DNA of 49,429 nucleotides. It comes from Bifidobacteriaceae bacterium (GTDB lineage: Bacteria; Actinomycetota; Actinomycetes; Actinomycetales; WQXJ01). Below the pieces are notes generated by a model. The model ran no database searches and was not told the DNA's origin. It worked only from the letters and a program-made list of their open reading frames with translations. Below, in pieces: positions 30,890 through 44,717 of this stretch. The stretch lies in NCBI GenBank assembly GCA_031278075.1, contig JAITLE010000216.1, forward strand, positions 1-49,429. The letters run 5' to 3'. The position numbers were made by a program, and so were the translations under genes. Each line of letters starts with the position of its first letter. Within the stretch, counting starts at the first letter, position 1.

Positions 30890-31263
30890 CAGCTCTTCTC
30901 CTTCTTGGCACCGTAGCGGGAGCGGGCTTGCTGGCGGCCGCGCACACCCTGCGCGTCGAGCGCGCCGCGCACAATCTTGTACCGGACCCCAGGCAGATCG
31001 CGCACGCGCCCGCCGCGGACCAGCACAATCGAGTGCTCTTGCAGGTTGTGGCCCACCCCGGGGATATAGGCGGTCACCTCGACACCATTCGACAACCGCA
31101 CCCGCGCCACCTTCCGCAGCGCCGAGTTCGGCTTCTTCGGAGTGGTGGTGTACACACGCGTGCAGACACCGCGACGCTGCGGGGATCCCTTCAAAGCAGG
31201 GGTCTTGGTCTTCCCCGCTTTGGCGGTCCGGCCTTTGCGGACCAGCTGCTGGATAGTGGGCAC
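30889..31263 (-). CDS. rpsL: 30S ribosomal protein uS12
   Basis: 124 aa: [55 protein letters not shown]. Confidence 0.97.
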   Translation of the reverse strand: MPTIQQLVRKGRTAKAGKTKTPALKGSPQRRGVCTRVYTTTPKKPNSALRKVARVRLSNGVEVTAYIPGVGHNLQEHSIVLVRGGRVRDLPGVRYKIVRGALDAQGVRGRQQARSRYGAKKEKS

Positions 31264-31546
31264 TGGCTCTCCATCTTGGGTTGGTTGCGGAAGTGATCGG
31301 CTCAGGCGCGCGTGAGCGCGCCGCGCTAGCCCGCCAAGGCAGGCACACGAGCGATTAGGCTACCGCGGCGCCCGACGGCGCGTCAAAGCGAGGGGTCATC
31401 CATGCCCTGGCCATGTCGGCGCCGTGACCCGCCCCGCCGCTGACACCTCAGGGCCAAGCCCAGCCGCAGCGGCGACATGGACGACCCCTGGACAATCCCG
31501 TCAAGGCGCGCGGCGGCGGACCAAGGAGCCGACGGAGCCGCCAGCG

Positions 31547-32776
31547 TCACTCCACCAGGGTCCCCAACTCCCCCAACGCCGCCGTGATCTCGTGGATCGA
31601 CTCCTCGAAGGCCGCCCGGTCCACCGGCGCCACCCCGTTCAGGCAGCGCAGCGCCAACTCCCGCCAACTGGCGATCTGGTCGAGCCCTTGAGCCAGTTGC
31701 CGGTCGATCGGCTCGACCAGCCCCTCCAGCTCGCGCGACAGCCCCAGCCGGGGAACCTGCAGCCGCCACGCGGTCAACAGCTTCTGGAATTGCCCGAACT
31801 GCGCGGAACACCGCGTCACGCCCTCGGAAGTCCAGCGCAGCGCAGCCGACGACTTGGCGACTTGTTCCGCGAGCCGCCCCACGTCATCGTTCATCGCCTC
31901 GCAGAGCGCCGCGATGTGAGCCGAGCCGCCTGCCGGCGCGGCGCCCTCGTGCACCTCCCGGCTGAAACGGATCACCATATCGGTGTGCAGCCGCGCCAGC
32001 GCGATCCCGAAACGCAGCCGCAGCACAGTGGCGCGCACGGCCGCCAAACATTCGGCGAGCGCCGCGACTATCCCGTGCAGGTCGCATCCCAACGCCGTCA
32101 TCGCCTGCGCGGTGGACGCCAGGACCGGCGCCCGCTCCGCGACGCCCGCTGATGCCCGGCACGCGGCCCCGGTCACCTCGCCGAGCGAGTCGATCGTGGC
32201 GGCCAGCTCCTGCGAGGCGATGAGCAACAACTCGGCCAGCGTCTGCAGCGAGCCCAAGCGCCCCAGGACCCCGTCCAGGCGTCGTTGCGAAGCGACGGCC
32301 GCCCGCAGGATGCGTCCCGCCACGCCGCCGATCACCGCGGTCTCGGCCCACTGCGCGGCGGCGGCCACCCGCGCTGCCGTCTCAGCGGGCAACGCCGCCA
32401 GCAAGAACTCCTCGTAACACGCGAAATCCGCTAAGGCCAGCGGCCGTTCCAAGGCGGCGTCCCCGCTGCCAGCCGCCCGATGCCGACCGGCCCCAGCCTC
32501 CCCGCCAGCTCGCTCCACCGACCCGGCGCCGTCGCGCGTCCACCGGCCCGCTTCCCAGGTGGGTTTCGCGCGCGGCGCAGAATGAGCCGGCGGCAGACCC
32601 GCCGGCCCGCCGCCAGCCGAAGCCCAAAAGAAAGCCAACTCGTCCGCGGTCAGCACCCGGGGCGCGCCGCTCAACTCCGTCGGTTCCAGATCTGCCCGCC
32701 ACATGATGGGCCAGCCGTCCGAACTGCGGGTTTGCCGTGTGGCGCCCCGCGTGCGGCTGATCGTCACAACAGCCAT
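31547..32776 (-). CDS. hypothetical protein: low-complexity N-terminus plus uncharacterised helical domain paralogous to the C-terminal domain of the PAS protein at 44714-46135
   Basis: 409 aa. Long colinear similarity to the other copy (LRFGIALARLHTDMVIRF vs LRFRIALAQLHNDMVINF; FQKLLTAWRLQVPRLGLS vs FQKFLTTWRIQVPRFGVS). A possible -10 TATTAT lies at 32881-32886. Confidence 0.6.
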   Translation of the reverse strand: MAVVTISRTRGATRQTRSSDGWPIMWRADLEPTELSGAPRVLTADELAFFWASAGGGPAGLPPAHSAPRAKPTWEAGRWTRDGAGSVERAGGEAGAGRHRAAGSGDAALERPLALADFACYEEFLLAALPAETAARVAAAAQWAETAVIGGVAGRILRAAVASQRRLDGVLGRLGSLQTLAELLLIASQELAATIDSLGEVTGAACRASAGVAERAPVLASTAQAMTALGCDLHGIVAALAECLAAVRATVLRLRFGIALARLHTDMVIRFSREVHEGAAPAGGSAHIAALCEAMNDDVGRLAEQVAKSSAALRWTSEGVTRCSAQFGQFQKLLTAWRLQVPRLGLSRELEGLVEPIDRQLAQGLDQIASWRELALRCLNGVAPVDRAAFEESIHEITAALGELGTLVE

Positions 32777-33026
32777 CTCGCCCTGCCTTCCCTACGCCCG
32801 CCGGATCGGCGCGGCGCCATCCGGTTGCGGCCGACGGACCGGGAAGTCTGGTGCTGGGGGCCTGCCCTGAAAGACCGCGGATAATATTTCTCTTACCGTA
32901 CCGTGTGCCCGGCCGACAGACCTCGCCCTAGGGCCATTCGAGCGGCGCCGATTAGGTGACCTTGCTCACACTCTCCGCACGGGACCCACGACTCGTGGGC
33001 GGCGGGGGCGGCGTGGGCGGCCCAGA

Positions 33027-33053
33027 CCGCGCGCGGGGCGGCCCCGCGCGCGG
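33027..33053 (-). terminator. GC-rich hairpin downstream of rpoC
   Basis: 12-bp perfect stem CCGCGCGCGGGG/CCCCGCGCGCGG with a 3-nt loop, 11 nt after the rpoC stop. A second small hairpin CCCACG/CGTGGG lies at 32985-32999. No U-tract. Confidence 0.5.
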
Positions 33054-33063
33054 CCGGCCAACT

Positions 33064-36000
33064 TCAGTCCACGTAGTCGTCGTAGGGCAGCGGCGGCAGA
33101 TCGCCCAGGATGATGCCGTCCTCGCCGAGCGTCGGATAGTCGACGATCTCCTCGTAGCCGAAGGCGGGATACAACTCAGCCTTCGCCTCGTCGGTGGGCT
33201 CGACCACGACGTGGCGGTACCGCGGCAGACCCGTGCCGGCGGGGATCAGCTTGCCGATGATCACGTTCTCCTTCAAGCCCAGCAGCGAGTCCTGTCGGCC
33301 CGAGATAGCCGCCTCGGTCAGCACCCTGGTGGTCTCTTGGAACGACGCGGCCGAGAGCCACGAGTCCGTCGCCAGGGACGCCTTCGTGATCCCCATCAGC
33401 TCGGAACGGCCCTGCGCGCCTTGCCCGCCCTCAGCGAGGACACGCCGGTTCTCGTCCTCGAACTTGTCGCGCGCGACCAACTCGCCCGGAAGCAGAGTCG
33501 TGTCGTTCGGCTCCAGGACGGTGACCCGCCGCAGCATCTGGCGGACGATCACCTCGATGTGCTTGTCGTGGATGTCCACACCCTGCGACCGGTAGACCGC
33601 CTGGACCTCATGCACCAGGTGCTCCTGGGCTTTGCGCGGGCCCTGGACGCGCAACACCTTCTTCGGGTCCACAGCGCCCACTGTCAACGGCTGGCCCACT
33701 TCGACCGTCTCGCCCTCGGACACCTTCAAGCGCTGCCGCTTCGAGACGATGTACGGGTGCTCTTGGCCGTCGTCGGAGACGATCACGATCTGCCGCAGAC
33801 GCTCCGAATCGTCGATCGAGACCTTGCCGGCGGCCTCCGCGATCGGCGCCTCGCCCTTGGGCGTGCGCGCCTCGAACAGCTCCTGCACGCGGGGCAGACC
33901 CTGTGTGATGTCATCCGCCGCCGCGACGCCGCCCGTGTGGAACGTGCGCATCGTCAGCTGCGTGCCCGGTTCGCCGATCGACTGCGCCGCGATGATCCCG
34001 ACCGCCTCGCCTATGTCGACCAGCTTGCCCGTCGCGAGCGACCGGCCATAGCACTTCGCACACGTCCCCACCCGCGACTCACAGGTCAGCACGGAGCGCA
34101 CCTTGACGCTCTCCACGCCATGCGCGATCAGGTTGTCGATCATCACATCGCCCGCGTCCGCGCCGACCGGCGCCAGGATGCGGCCGTCGGGGCCGACCAC
34201 ATCCGTGGCCAGCGTCCGGGCGAACACCGAGGTCTCCACCTTCGGGTGGCGGAGCGGTTTGCCGTTCGGCCCAGCCTCCGCGATCGGCAGCGTCAGTCCG
34301 CGTTCCGTCCCGCAGTCTTCTTCGCGCACGATCACGTCCTGGGACACATCGACCAACCGCCGGGTCAAATACCCCGAGTCCGCGGTCCGCAACGCGGTGT
34401 CCGCCAAACCCTTGCGGGCGCCGTGGGTGGCGATGAAGTACTCCACCACGGACGGGCCCTCGCGGTAGTTCGACTTGATCGGCCGGGGGATGATCTCGCC
34501 CTTCGGGTCCGCCACCAAACCGCGCATCCCCGCGATCTGCCGGACCTGCATCCAGTTGCCGGCCGCGCCGGAGGAGACCATCCGGTAGACGGTGTTGCGC
34601 TCGGGGAAGTTCTGGCGCATCGCCGCGTCGACCTCGTCGGTCGCTTTGGTCCAGATCTCGATCAGCTCATGGCGCCGCTCGTCGTCGGTGACCAGGCCTT
34701 CGTCGTACTGTTCCTGGATCGCCTCGGCCAACGCCTCGTACCGGTTCAAGATCTCCTGCTTGGACGCCGGCGCCACCACGTCGGAGAAGCTGATCGTCAC
34801 CCCGGAACGGGTCGCCCAGTGGAAACCGGCCTCCTTCAGCGCGTCGAGCGCCGCCGCCACCTCCACCTTCGGGTACTTCTCTGCGAGGTCGTTGACGATG
34901 CCGCTCAGCCGCTTCTTGTCGACCATCTCGTTGACGTAGGGATAGTCGACCGGCAACGCTTCGTTGAACAGCGCGCGCCCGAGAGTCGTCTCCAGATCGA
35001 CTGTCTCCAATTCGGAGCTGGCCACCTCTTCGCCCGGGGCCTGGGGGCGCATGTAGTCGGTCATGCGAATCGTGACATTCGCGCCCAAAGCCAGCTCGTC
35101 GGCATCGTACGCCATGATGGCCTCCGCCACGGAGGAGAACTTCCGGCCCTCGCCCTTCGCCCCGTCGAGCTGGGTCGTCAAGTGGTTGATGCCGATGATC
35201 ATGTCCTGAGTGGGGATGGTCACCGGGCGGCCGTCGGACGGCTTCAGAATGTTGTTGGAGGACAACATCAAGATGCGGGCCTCCGCCTGGGCTTCCGCCG
35301 AGAGCGGCAGGTGGACCGCCATCTGATCGCCGTCGAAGTCCGCGTTGAACGCGCCGCAGACCAACGGGTGCAGGTGGATCGCCTTGCCTTCGACTAGCTG
35401 CGGCTCGAACGCCTGAATGCCGAGCCGGTGCAAGGTCGGAGCACGGTTGAGCAACACCGGGTGTTCGGTGATGACCTCCTCCAACACGTCCCACACCACC
35501 GACTGCTGGCGCTCCACCATCTTCTTGGCGTTCTTGATGTTCTGCGAGTGCTGCAGCTCCACCAGGCGCTTCATGACGAACGGTTTGAACAGCTCCAACG
35601 CCATCGCCTTCGGCAGGCCGCACTGATGCAGCTTCAAGGTCGGCCCCACCACGATCACGCTACGGCCGGAGTAGTCGACCCGCTTGCCCAACAGGTTCTG
35701 GCGGAAACGGCCCTGCTTGCCCTTCAGCATGTCGCTGATGGACTTGAGCGGCCGGTTGCCCGGGCCGGTCACCGGCCGGCCACGCCGCCCGTTGTCGAAC
35801 AGCGAGTCCACGGCCTCCTGGAGCATCCGCTTCTCGTTGTTCACGATGATCTCCGGGGCGCCCAAGTCGATCAAGCGCTTGAGCCGGTTGTTCCGGTTGA
35901 TGACCCGGCGGTACAGGTCGTTCAGGTCGGATGTCGCGAACCGGCCGCCATCTAGCTGAACCATGGGCCGCAGGTCCGGCGGGATCACCGGGATGCAATC

Positions 36001-36942
36001 CAGCACCATGGCCTCCGGCCGGTTGTCGGTCTGCAGGAAGGCGTTGACGACACGCAACCGCTTCAGGGCGCGGATCTTGCGCTGGCCCTTGCCGTTCTTG
36101 ATGATCTCCCTCAGGGTGACCGACTCGCCCTCCAAGTCGAACGTCTCAAGGCGGCGCTGGATCGCGGCGGCGCCCATCGCGCCCTTGAAATAGGACCCGA
36201 ACCGGTCCTGCATCGAGCGGTACAGCAGCTCGTCGCCTTCGAGGTCGGCGACTTTCAGGTTCGCGAAACGATCCCAGATCGCCTCCAGGCGTTCGACTTC
36301 CTTGCGGGCGCGCTCGCGGATCGCGGCCAGCTCACGGCTGGCCGAGGCCTCGACTTTGCGGCCCACGGCCGCCTTGGCGCCCGCGGCCTCCAGGTCCCTC
36401 AAATCAGCGCGGAGCTTGTTCAGCCGCGCGTCCTGGGCCGCCTCGGCGTCACGTTCGATCCTCGCCTGGTCCAGCTCGATCTCGGCCCTGAGCGAGTCCA
36501 GATCGGCGGCGCGGGCCTCCGTGTCCACATCGGTGATCATGTAGGCCGCGAAGTAGATGACCTTCTCCAGGTCCTTCGGCGCCAGGTCCAGCAGGTAGCC
36601 GAGACGCGACGGGACGCCCTTGAAGTACCAGATGTGGGTCACCGGAGCGGCCAGCTCGATGTGCCCCATGCGCTCGCGGCGCACCTTGGACCGGGTCACC
36701 TCGACGCCGCAGCGTTCACAGATGATGCCCTTGAACCGCACCCGCTTGTATTTGCCGCAAGAGCACTCCCAGTCCCGGGTCGGCCCGAAGATCCGTTCGC
36801 AGAACAGCCCTTCCTTCTCGGGCTTCAAAGTGCGGTAGTTGATCGTCTCGGGCTTCTTGACCTCGCCGTGGGACCAGCTGCGGATCTCGTCCGCCGTGGC
36901 CAGCCCAATCTTGATTCCGTCGAAGGTGTTGACGTCCAGCAA
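33064..36942 (-). CDS. rpoC: DNA-directed RNA polymerase subunit beta'
   Basis: 1292 aa: [38 protein letters not shown] ... [12 protein letters not shown]. Confidence 0.98.
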   Translation of the reverse strand: MLDVNTFDGIKIGLATADEIRSWSHGEVKKPETINYRTLKPEKEGLFCERIFGPTRDWECSCGKYKRVRFKGIICERCGVEVTRSKVRRERMGHIELAAPVTHIWYFKGVPSRLGYLLDLAPKDLEKVIYFAAYMITDVDTEARAADLDSLRAEIELDQARIERDAEAAQDARLNKLRADLRDLEAAGAKAAVGRKVEASASRELAAIRERARKEVERLEAIWDRFANLKVADLEGDELLYRSMQDRFGSYFKGAMGAAAIQRRLETFDLEGESVTLREIIKNGKGQRKIRALKRLRVVNAFLQTDNRPEAMVLDCIPVIPPDLRPMVQLDGGRFATSDLNDLYRRVINRNNRLKRLIDLGAPEIIVNNEKRMLQEAVDSLFDNGRRGRPVTGPGNRPLKSISDMLKGKQGRFRQNLLGKRVDYSGRSVIVVGPTLKLHQCGLPKAMALELFKPFVMKRLVELQHSQNIKNAKKMVERQQSVVWDVLEEVITEHPVLLNRAPTLHRLGIQAFEPQLVEGKAIHLHPLVCGAFNADFDGDQMAVHLPLSAEAQAEARILMLSSNNILKPSDGRPVTIPTQDMIIGINHLTTQLDGAKGEGRKFSSVAEAIMAYDADELALGANVTIRMTDYMRPQAPGEEVASSELETVDLETTLGRALFNEALPVDYPYVNEMVDKKRLSGIVNDLAEKYPKVEVAAALDALKEAGFHWATRSGVTISFSDVVAPASKQEILNRYEALAEAIQEQYDEGLVTDDERRHELIEIWTKATDEVDAAMRQNFPERNTVYRMVSSGAAGNWMQVRQIAGMRGLVADPKGEIIPRPIKSNYREGPSVVEYFIATHGARKGLADTALRTADSGYLTRRLVDVSQDVIVREEDCGTERGLTLPIAEAGPNGKPLRHPKVETSVFARTLATDVVGPDGRILAPVGADAGDVMIDNLIAHGVESVKVRSVLTCESRVGTCAKCYGRSLATGKLVDIGEAVGIIAAQSIGEPGTQLTMRTFHTGGVAAADDITQGLPRVQELFEARTPKGEAPIAEAAGKVSIDDSERLRQIVIVSDDGQEHPYIVSKRQRLKVSEGETVEVGQPLTVGAVDPKKVLRVQGPRKAQEHLVHEVQAVYRSQGVDIHDKHIEVIVRQMLRRVTVLEPNDTTLLPGELVARDKFEDENRRVLAEGGQGAQGRSELMGITKASLATDSWLSAASFQETTRVLTEAAISGRQDSLLGLKENVIIGKLIPAGTGLPRYRHVVVEPTDEAKAELYPAFGYEEIVDYPTLGEDGIILGDLPPLPYDDYVD

Positions 36943-36993
36943 GTCAGTCCCTGCTTCCTCGTTCTTTGCGCTTTCGTTAAGTTATGCCTGCCG

Positions 36994-40533
<3,540 letters not shown>

Positions 40534-40665
40534 AGTCCCTCCCGTATAGAAAAAAGCACGCGGCGCAGCACTGAGGCTCAAACATTGAGTGGGCAAGAGG
40601 CACAGGACAGCGCAGGGAGCTAGCCTAGCCTCGAATTCGCGCCTTGTCCAGCGCCGTACGCCCTC

Positions 40666-41880
40666 CTAGTCGACTGCGGTGGTCAACTCGAAGATCGGGA
40701 GGTACAGACAGATCAGGATGGCGCCGACGATCGAGCCCACCATGACGATCAGCACCGGCTCGATGATCGAGGTGATGGCGGTCGTGGCCTGCTGCACCTC
40801 GTCGTCGTAGAACTCGGCGACCTTCTCCAGCATCGAGTCGAGGGCGCCCGCCTCCTCGCCGACCGAGACCATGCGGGAGATCATCGGGCCGAAGATCGGC
40901 TCAGCCGCGATCGCCTTGCCGAGCGAGCTGCCGACGGTGACCTGTTCCTTGACGCGGGCGACGGCATCGGTCACCACCACGTTGCCGGCCGTCTCCCCCG
41001 TGATCTCAAGCGTTTGGACGATCGGCACGCCGACCCGGCTCATGGTGGCGATGGACCGGGACAGCCGGGCCAGGGAGACCTTGAGCAACAAACCGCCTAT
41101 GATCGGCAGCTTCAACTTGATCGGGTCAAGCTTCTCGCGCACCGCGAGATCGTTCTTGTGGTTGCTCCACCACCAGCCCATGAGCAGCAGCAACACGAGG
41201 AGCGGCGCCCCGGCGATCTTCAACAGACCGGACAGGCCGACCAGCACCTTCGTCGGCACCGGCAACTCCTTGCCGAGGTCGGCGAAGATGCCTTCGAAGA
41301 CGGGCACGATGAACAGCAGCATCGCGACGACCACGATCGCGGCGAAGATCAGCACCACGATCGGGTAGACCATCGCGGACTTGACCGCTCGCCGCAGCCG
41401 CAACTCCGCCTCCAGTTGCTCTGCCACCGACGAGAGCACCTGGTCGAGGTAGCCACCGGCCTCGCCCGCGCGGACCATCGCCAGGATCACCGGCGAGAAG
41501 TCCTTCGGGTGTTTGGCCAGCGCGTCCGCCAGGGTGGACCCGGTCTCGACGTCCGAGGCGACTTGGCGGAGCACCTTCTGCAACGCGGTGGAGCCGGTCT
41601 GGTCCGCGATCGCGTTGAGCGACTGGAGCAACGAGAGGCCCGCGTTGACCATCGTGGCGAGCTGGCGGATCGTCACCGCCACGTCCTTCGGCTTGGCGGT
41701 GGAGCTGCCGAAATTGATCTCGGTGTGCAGGCCGCCGCTCGCGGCCTCGCGGATGTCGATCGGGGTGAGACCCGCCTCACGCAGGTGGCGGGCCACCGCC
41801 CGCTGGTCGGGGCCCTCGATCTTGCCGGACTGCGTGGAGCCCCCGGCGATCACTGTGTATTCGAAGGTCTTGGTCGCCAT
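40666..41880 (-). CDS. pilC: type IV pilus platform protein PilC (T2SS-F family)
   Basis: 404 aa. Two T2SSF-type repeats and three hydrophobic segments, with a typical PilC/GspF layout. Confidence 0.9.
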   Translation of the reverse strand: MATKTFEYTVIAGGSTQSGKIEGPDQRAVARHLREAGLTPIDIREAASGGLHTEINFGSSTAKPKDVAVTIRQLATMVNAGLSLLQSLNAIADQTGSTALQKVLRQVASDVETGSTLADALAKHPKDFSPVILAMVRAGEAGGYLDQVLSSVAEQLEAELRLRRAVKSAMVYPIVVLIFAAIVVVAMLLFIVPVFEGIFADLGKELPVPTKVLVGLSGLLKIAGAPLLVLLLLMGWWWSNHKNDLAVREKLDPIKLKLPIIGGLLLKVSLARLSRSIATMSRVGVPIVQTLEITGETAGNVVVTDAVARVKEQVTVGSSLGKAIAAEPIFGPMISRMVSVGEEAGALDSMLEKVAEFYDDEVQQATTAITSIIEPVLIVMVGSIVGAILICLYLPIFELTTAVD

Positions 41881-41886
41881 GGCGGA

Positions 41887-43038
41887 TCACATCCTTCCGA
41901 ATGGATTGTTGAGCCCCGACGCGCCCTGCTGCACCCGGGCGGAACGGCCCAGCATGCGGGCGAACTCATCCGGCATGCGGGCGTTCTCGAGGCCTTCCTC
42001 AAAGGTGATGTCGCCCTGGCGCACCAAGTCGGCCAGCGACTGGTCCAGGGTGTGCATGCCCTCTTCTCCGCCGGAGTGCAGCACGGAGTAGATCTGGTGC
42101 AGCTTGTTCTCGCGGATCATCGCGCGGATCGCGGGAGTCGCCCGCATCAGCTCGGTCGCCACGACCCGGCCACGGCCGTCGGCCCGGCGGCACAAGGTCT
42201 GCGACAGCACCGCCTGAAGGGTGATCGCCAGCTGAGAGCGGATCTGATCCTGGTGGGTCGACTCGAATTGGTCCACCAAGCGGTTGATGGACTGCGCCAC
42301 ACCCTGCGTGTGCAGCGTGGCGAACACGAGGTGGCCGGTCTCGGCGGCGCGCAGCGCGGTCTCCATGGTCTCTTTGTCGCGCAACTCGCCGACCAAGATG
42401 ATGTCCGGGTCTTGGCGCAGCGCGTGCTTCAACGCTTCCGCGAAGGAAAGCGTGTCCACGCCGATCTCGCGTTGAGCCACGAGGCACCGGTTGGAGTTGT
42501 GCTGGTATTCGATCGGATCCTCAATCGTCAAGATGTGCCCCGAGCGAGTCCGGTTCGCCAGGTCGATCACCGCCGCGAGCGTGGTGGACTTGCCGGAGCC
42601 GGTCGGCCCGCAGACCAGCACCAGACCGCGCGGCAGGCCGGCGAACGTCTTGACCACCGCGGGGATGCGCAACTCCTCCAACGGCCGGATGACGTCTGGG
42701 ATGACGCGGAACGCCGCCGCGATCGAGCCGCGGTCCCAGAACAGGTTGGCGCGGAACATGCGCCCGGAGGGCACCTGGCAGGAGTAGTCGAGCTCCAGGT
42801 TGTCGTCGAACTTTTGGCGCTGGGTGCGCGTCAGCATGCCCAAGAGCTGCTCGTAGAGCGCGTCCTCGCCGGGCGCGTCGAAGCCCGGCAGCGGGGTCAG
42901 CTCCCCCGACATCCGCACGATCGGGGGCAGCAGCGCAGTCAAGTGGAGGTCTGACGCGCCCATCGCCGCGGACTCTTCCAAGGCTTGCACCAAGTCAAGC
43001 GTTTGCTCATCGCCGTACACTTCGGCCGCAGCGTTCAT
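41887..43038 (-). CDS. pilT: type IV pilus retraction ATPase PilT
   Basis: 383 aa: GASDLHL ... GPTGSGKSTTLAA ... ILVGELRD ... ATLHT ... AIRAMIRENK (AIRNLIRE-type motif). Confidence 0.92.
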   Translation of the reverse strand: MNAAAEVYGDEQTLDLVQALEESAAMGASDLHLTALLPPIVRMSGELTPLPGFDAPGEDALYEQLLGMLTRTQRQKFDDNLELDYSCQVPSGRMFRANLFWDRGSIAAAFRVIPDVIRPLEELRIPAVVKTFAGLPRGLVLVCGPTGSGKSTTLAAVIDLANRTRSGHILTIEDPIEYQHNSNRCLVAQREIGVDTLSFAEALKHALRQDPDIILVGELRDKETMETALRAAETGHLVFATLHTQGVAQSINRLVDQFESTHQDQIRSQLAITLQAVLSQTLCRRADGRGRVVATELMRATPAIRAMIRENKLHQIYSVLHSGGEEGMHTLDQSLADLVRQGDITFEEGLENARMPDEFARMLGRSARVQQGASGLNNPFGRM

Positions 43039-44717
43039 GCCACCACCCTCAACAGTTCCTCGACGGACGTCTGTCCCTGCGCGACTTTCGCCCAGCCGTC
43101 TTGTCGCAACGTGATCATGCCTTGTTCGCGCGCGAGTTCGCCCAGTTCACGGGTCGACTTGCGCAAAGCCGTGAGGTGTTCCAGCTCCCTGGTCACCGGC
43201 ATCACCTCATGCACCGCGAGCCGGCCCTTGAAGCCGGTGTTGGCGCACGCGGAACAGCCCTTCGGCCGGTACAGGTTGGGCGGCGGCGGCTCCCGGAAAA
43301 TCCAGTCCGCGCGCAGCATCTCCTGCTCCGGCTCGCTCGGCGGGTACGGTTCGCGGCAGCGCTCGCACAGCCGGCGCGCCAGGCGCTGCGCCACCACGCA
43401 GTCCAACGCCGACGCCACGAGGAACGGCTCGATCCCCATCTCCGTCAGGCGGGTCACAGCCGACGGAGCGTCGTTCGTGTGGAGGGTGGACAGCACCAGG
43501 TGGCCGGTCAGGGCCGCCTCGACCGCGATCTGCGCGGTCTCGCCGTCGCGGATCTCGCCGACCAGCACCACATCCGGGTCCGCCCGCAGGATCGACCGGA
43601 GCGCGGCGGCGAACGTCAAGCCCGCCTTCGGGTTGACCTGGACCTGGTTGACCCCAGCCATGCGATACTCCACCGGGTCCTCGATGGTGATCACGTTCAC
43701 CTCGGGCCGCGAGATCTCGCGCAGCGTGGCGTAAAGCGTGGTCGACTTGCCGGAGCCGGTCGGGCCCGTGGCGAGGATCATCCCGTACGGCTTGGTGTAA
43801 GACTTCTTGTATAGCTGGAAAGAGGCCTCCGAGAACGACAACTTGCGGAGGTCGACCTGCACCGCGGAGGTGTTCAGGATACGCATGACGACCTTCTCGC
43901 CCCACACCGTCGGCAAGGTGGCGACGCGCAAGTCCACATCGTTGCCATCCACGTTGACGGAGATGCGGCCGTCCTGCGGCTTGCGCCGCTCGGCGATGTC
44001 GATGTCCGCCATGATCTTGATGCGCGAGATGACTTGCGACTGGATCGACTTCGGCGCGCTTTGCATCTCATGGAGCACACCGTCGATCCGGTAGCGCACG
44101 CGCAGGTCCAATTCCTCCGGCTCCAAGTGGATGTCGGAGCATCCGTCATGGATCGCCTGCGAGATCAGCAGATGCGCCCAGCGGACGACAGGCGAATCCT
44201 CTTGGACGATGTCGGCCACGGAGACGCTGACCTGCTGCCGCTCTTCCTCCCGCGCCGAGGAGTCGAGGGACTGGCCGATCGAGTCGATCTCCGAATCGGA
44301 CCGCACGTGGCGGCCGATCGCGCGTTCCAGGGCGCCGCGTTCGGCGACCGTCGGGATCACCGCGGCGCGCAGATAGGACCGCACGTCATCGATCGCCACC
44401 AGGTTGCCCGGCTCGGCCATCGCCACGACCACCGCGTCGCCCTCGCGGGCGATCGGCAGCAGCAGATGGCGCCGGCAGATCCCGCCGGGCACGGAACCGG
44501 CGACCCTGGGGTCGATCGCGAACGCGTCGAGGTCGACAAACCTCAGACCGGCGGCCTCCGCGAGGATCGGGATGAGGTCCTCCTCGCGCAGGGCGCCACT
44601 GGTGACGAGGGCTTGGCTGAGCGTGATGCCCTCCATCGCCTGGGCGCGGGTCGCCTGATCCAGCTGCGCCTGGGAGACCAGGCCACGGGACAGCAGGGTC
44701 TGCTCAAGGGCGCTCAT
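43035..44717 (-). CDS. pilB: type IV pilus assembly ATPase PilB (GspE family)
   Basis: Track ORF trimmed to the ATG at 44717 (MSALEQTLLSRGLV, 560 aa), an ATGA overlap with the upstream stop. T2SSE N-domain, GPTGSGKSTTLYA, VLVGEIRD, and tetracysteine CERC...CSAC. Confidence 0.92.
   Translation of the reverse strand: MSALEQTLLSRGLVSQAQLDQATRAQAMEGITLSQALVTSGALREEDLIPILAEAAGLRFVDLDAFAIDPRVAGSVPGGICRRHLLLPIAREGDAVVVAMAEPGNLVAIDDVRSYLRAAVIPTVAERGALERAIGRHVRSDSEIDSIGQSLDSSAREEERQQVSVSVADIVQEDSPVVRWAHLLISQAIHDGCSDIHLEPEELDLRVRYRIDGVLHEMQSAPKSIQSQVISRIKIMADIDIAERRKPQDGRISVNVDGNDVDLRVATLPTVWGEKVVMRILNTSAVQVDLRKLSFSEASFQLYKKSYTKPYGMILATGPTGSGKSTTLYATLREISRPEVNVITIEDPVEYRMAGVNQVQVNPKAGLTFAAALRSILRADPDVVLVGEIRDGETAQIAVEAALTGHLVLSTLHTNDAPSAVTRLTEMGIEPFLVASALDCVVAQRLARRLCERCREPYPPSEPEQEMLRADWIFREPPPPNLYRPKGCSACANTGFKGRLAVHEVMPVTRELEHLTALRKSTRELGELAREQGMITLRQDGWAKVAQGQTSVEELLRVVA

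Noticed and set aside
31305-31322. GGCGCGC-GTGA-GCGCGCC hairpin 42 nt upstream of rpsL as a terminator for the upstream ORF.
   Set aside because: It lies 225 nt from that ORF's stop, has a short 7-bp stem and no U-tract. It could equally be part of the rpsL 5' UTR, so it is too ambiguous to annotate.
30419-31348. 309-aa ORF extending uS7 upstream across rpsL.
   Set aside because: The extension overlaps rpsL out of frame and has no family signal. uS7 starts at the internal [11 protein letters not shown] (30889) with a TGATG junction to rpsL. The same trimming logic was applied to rplD (16845 to 16650), rplN (12025 to 11983), pilB (44870 to 44717) and the EF-Tu-D2-like gene (26882 to 26744).
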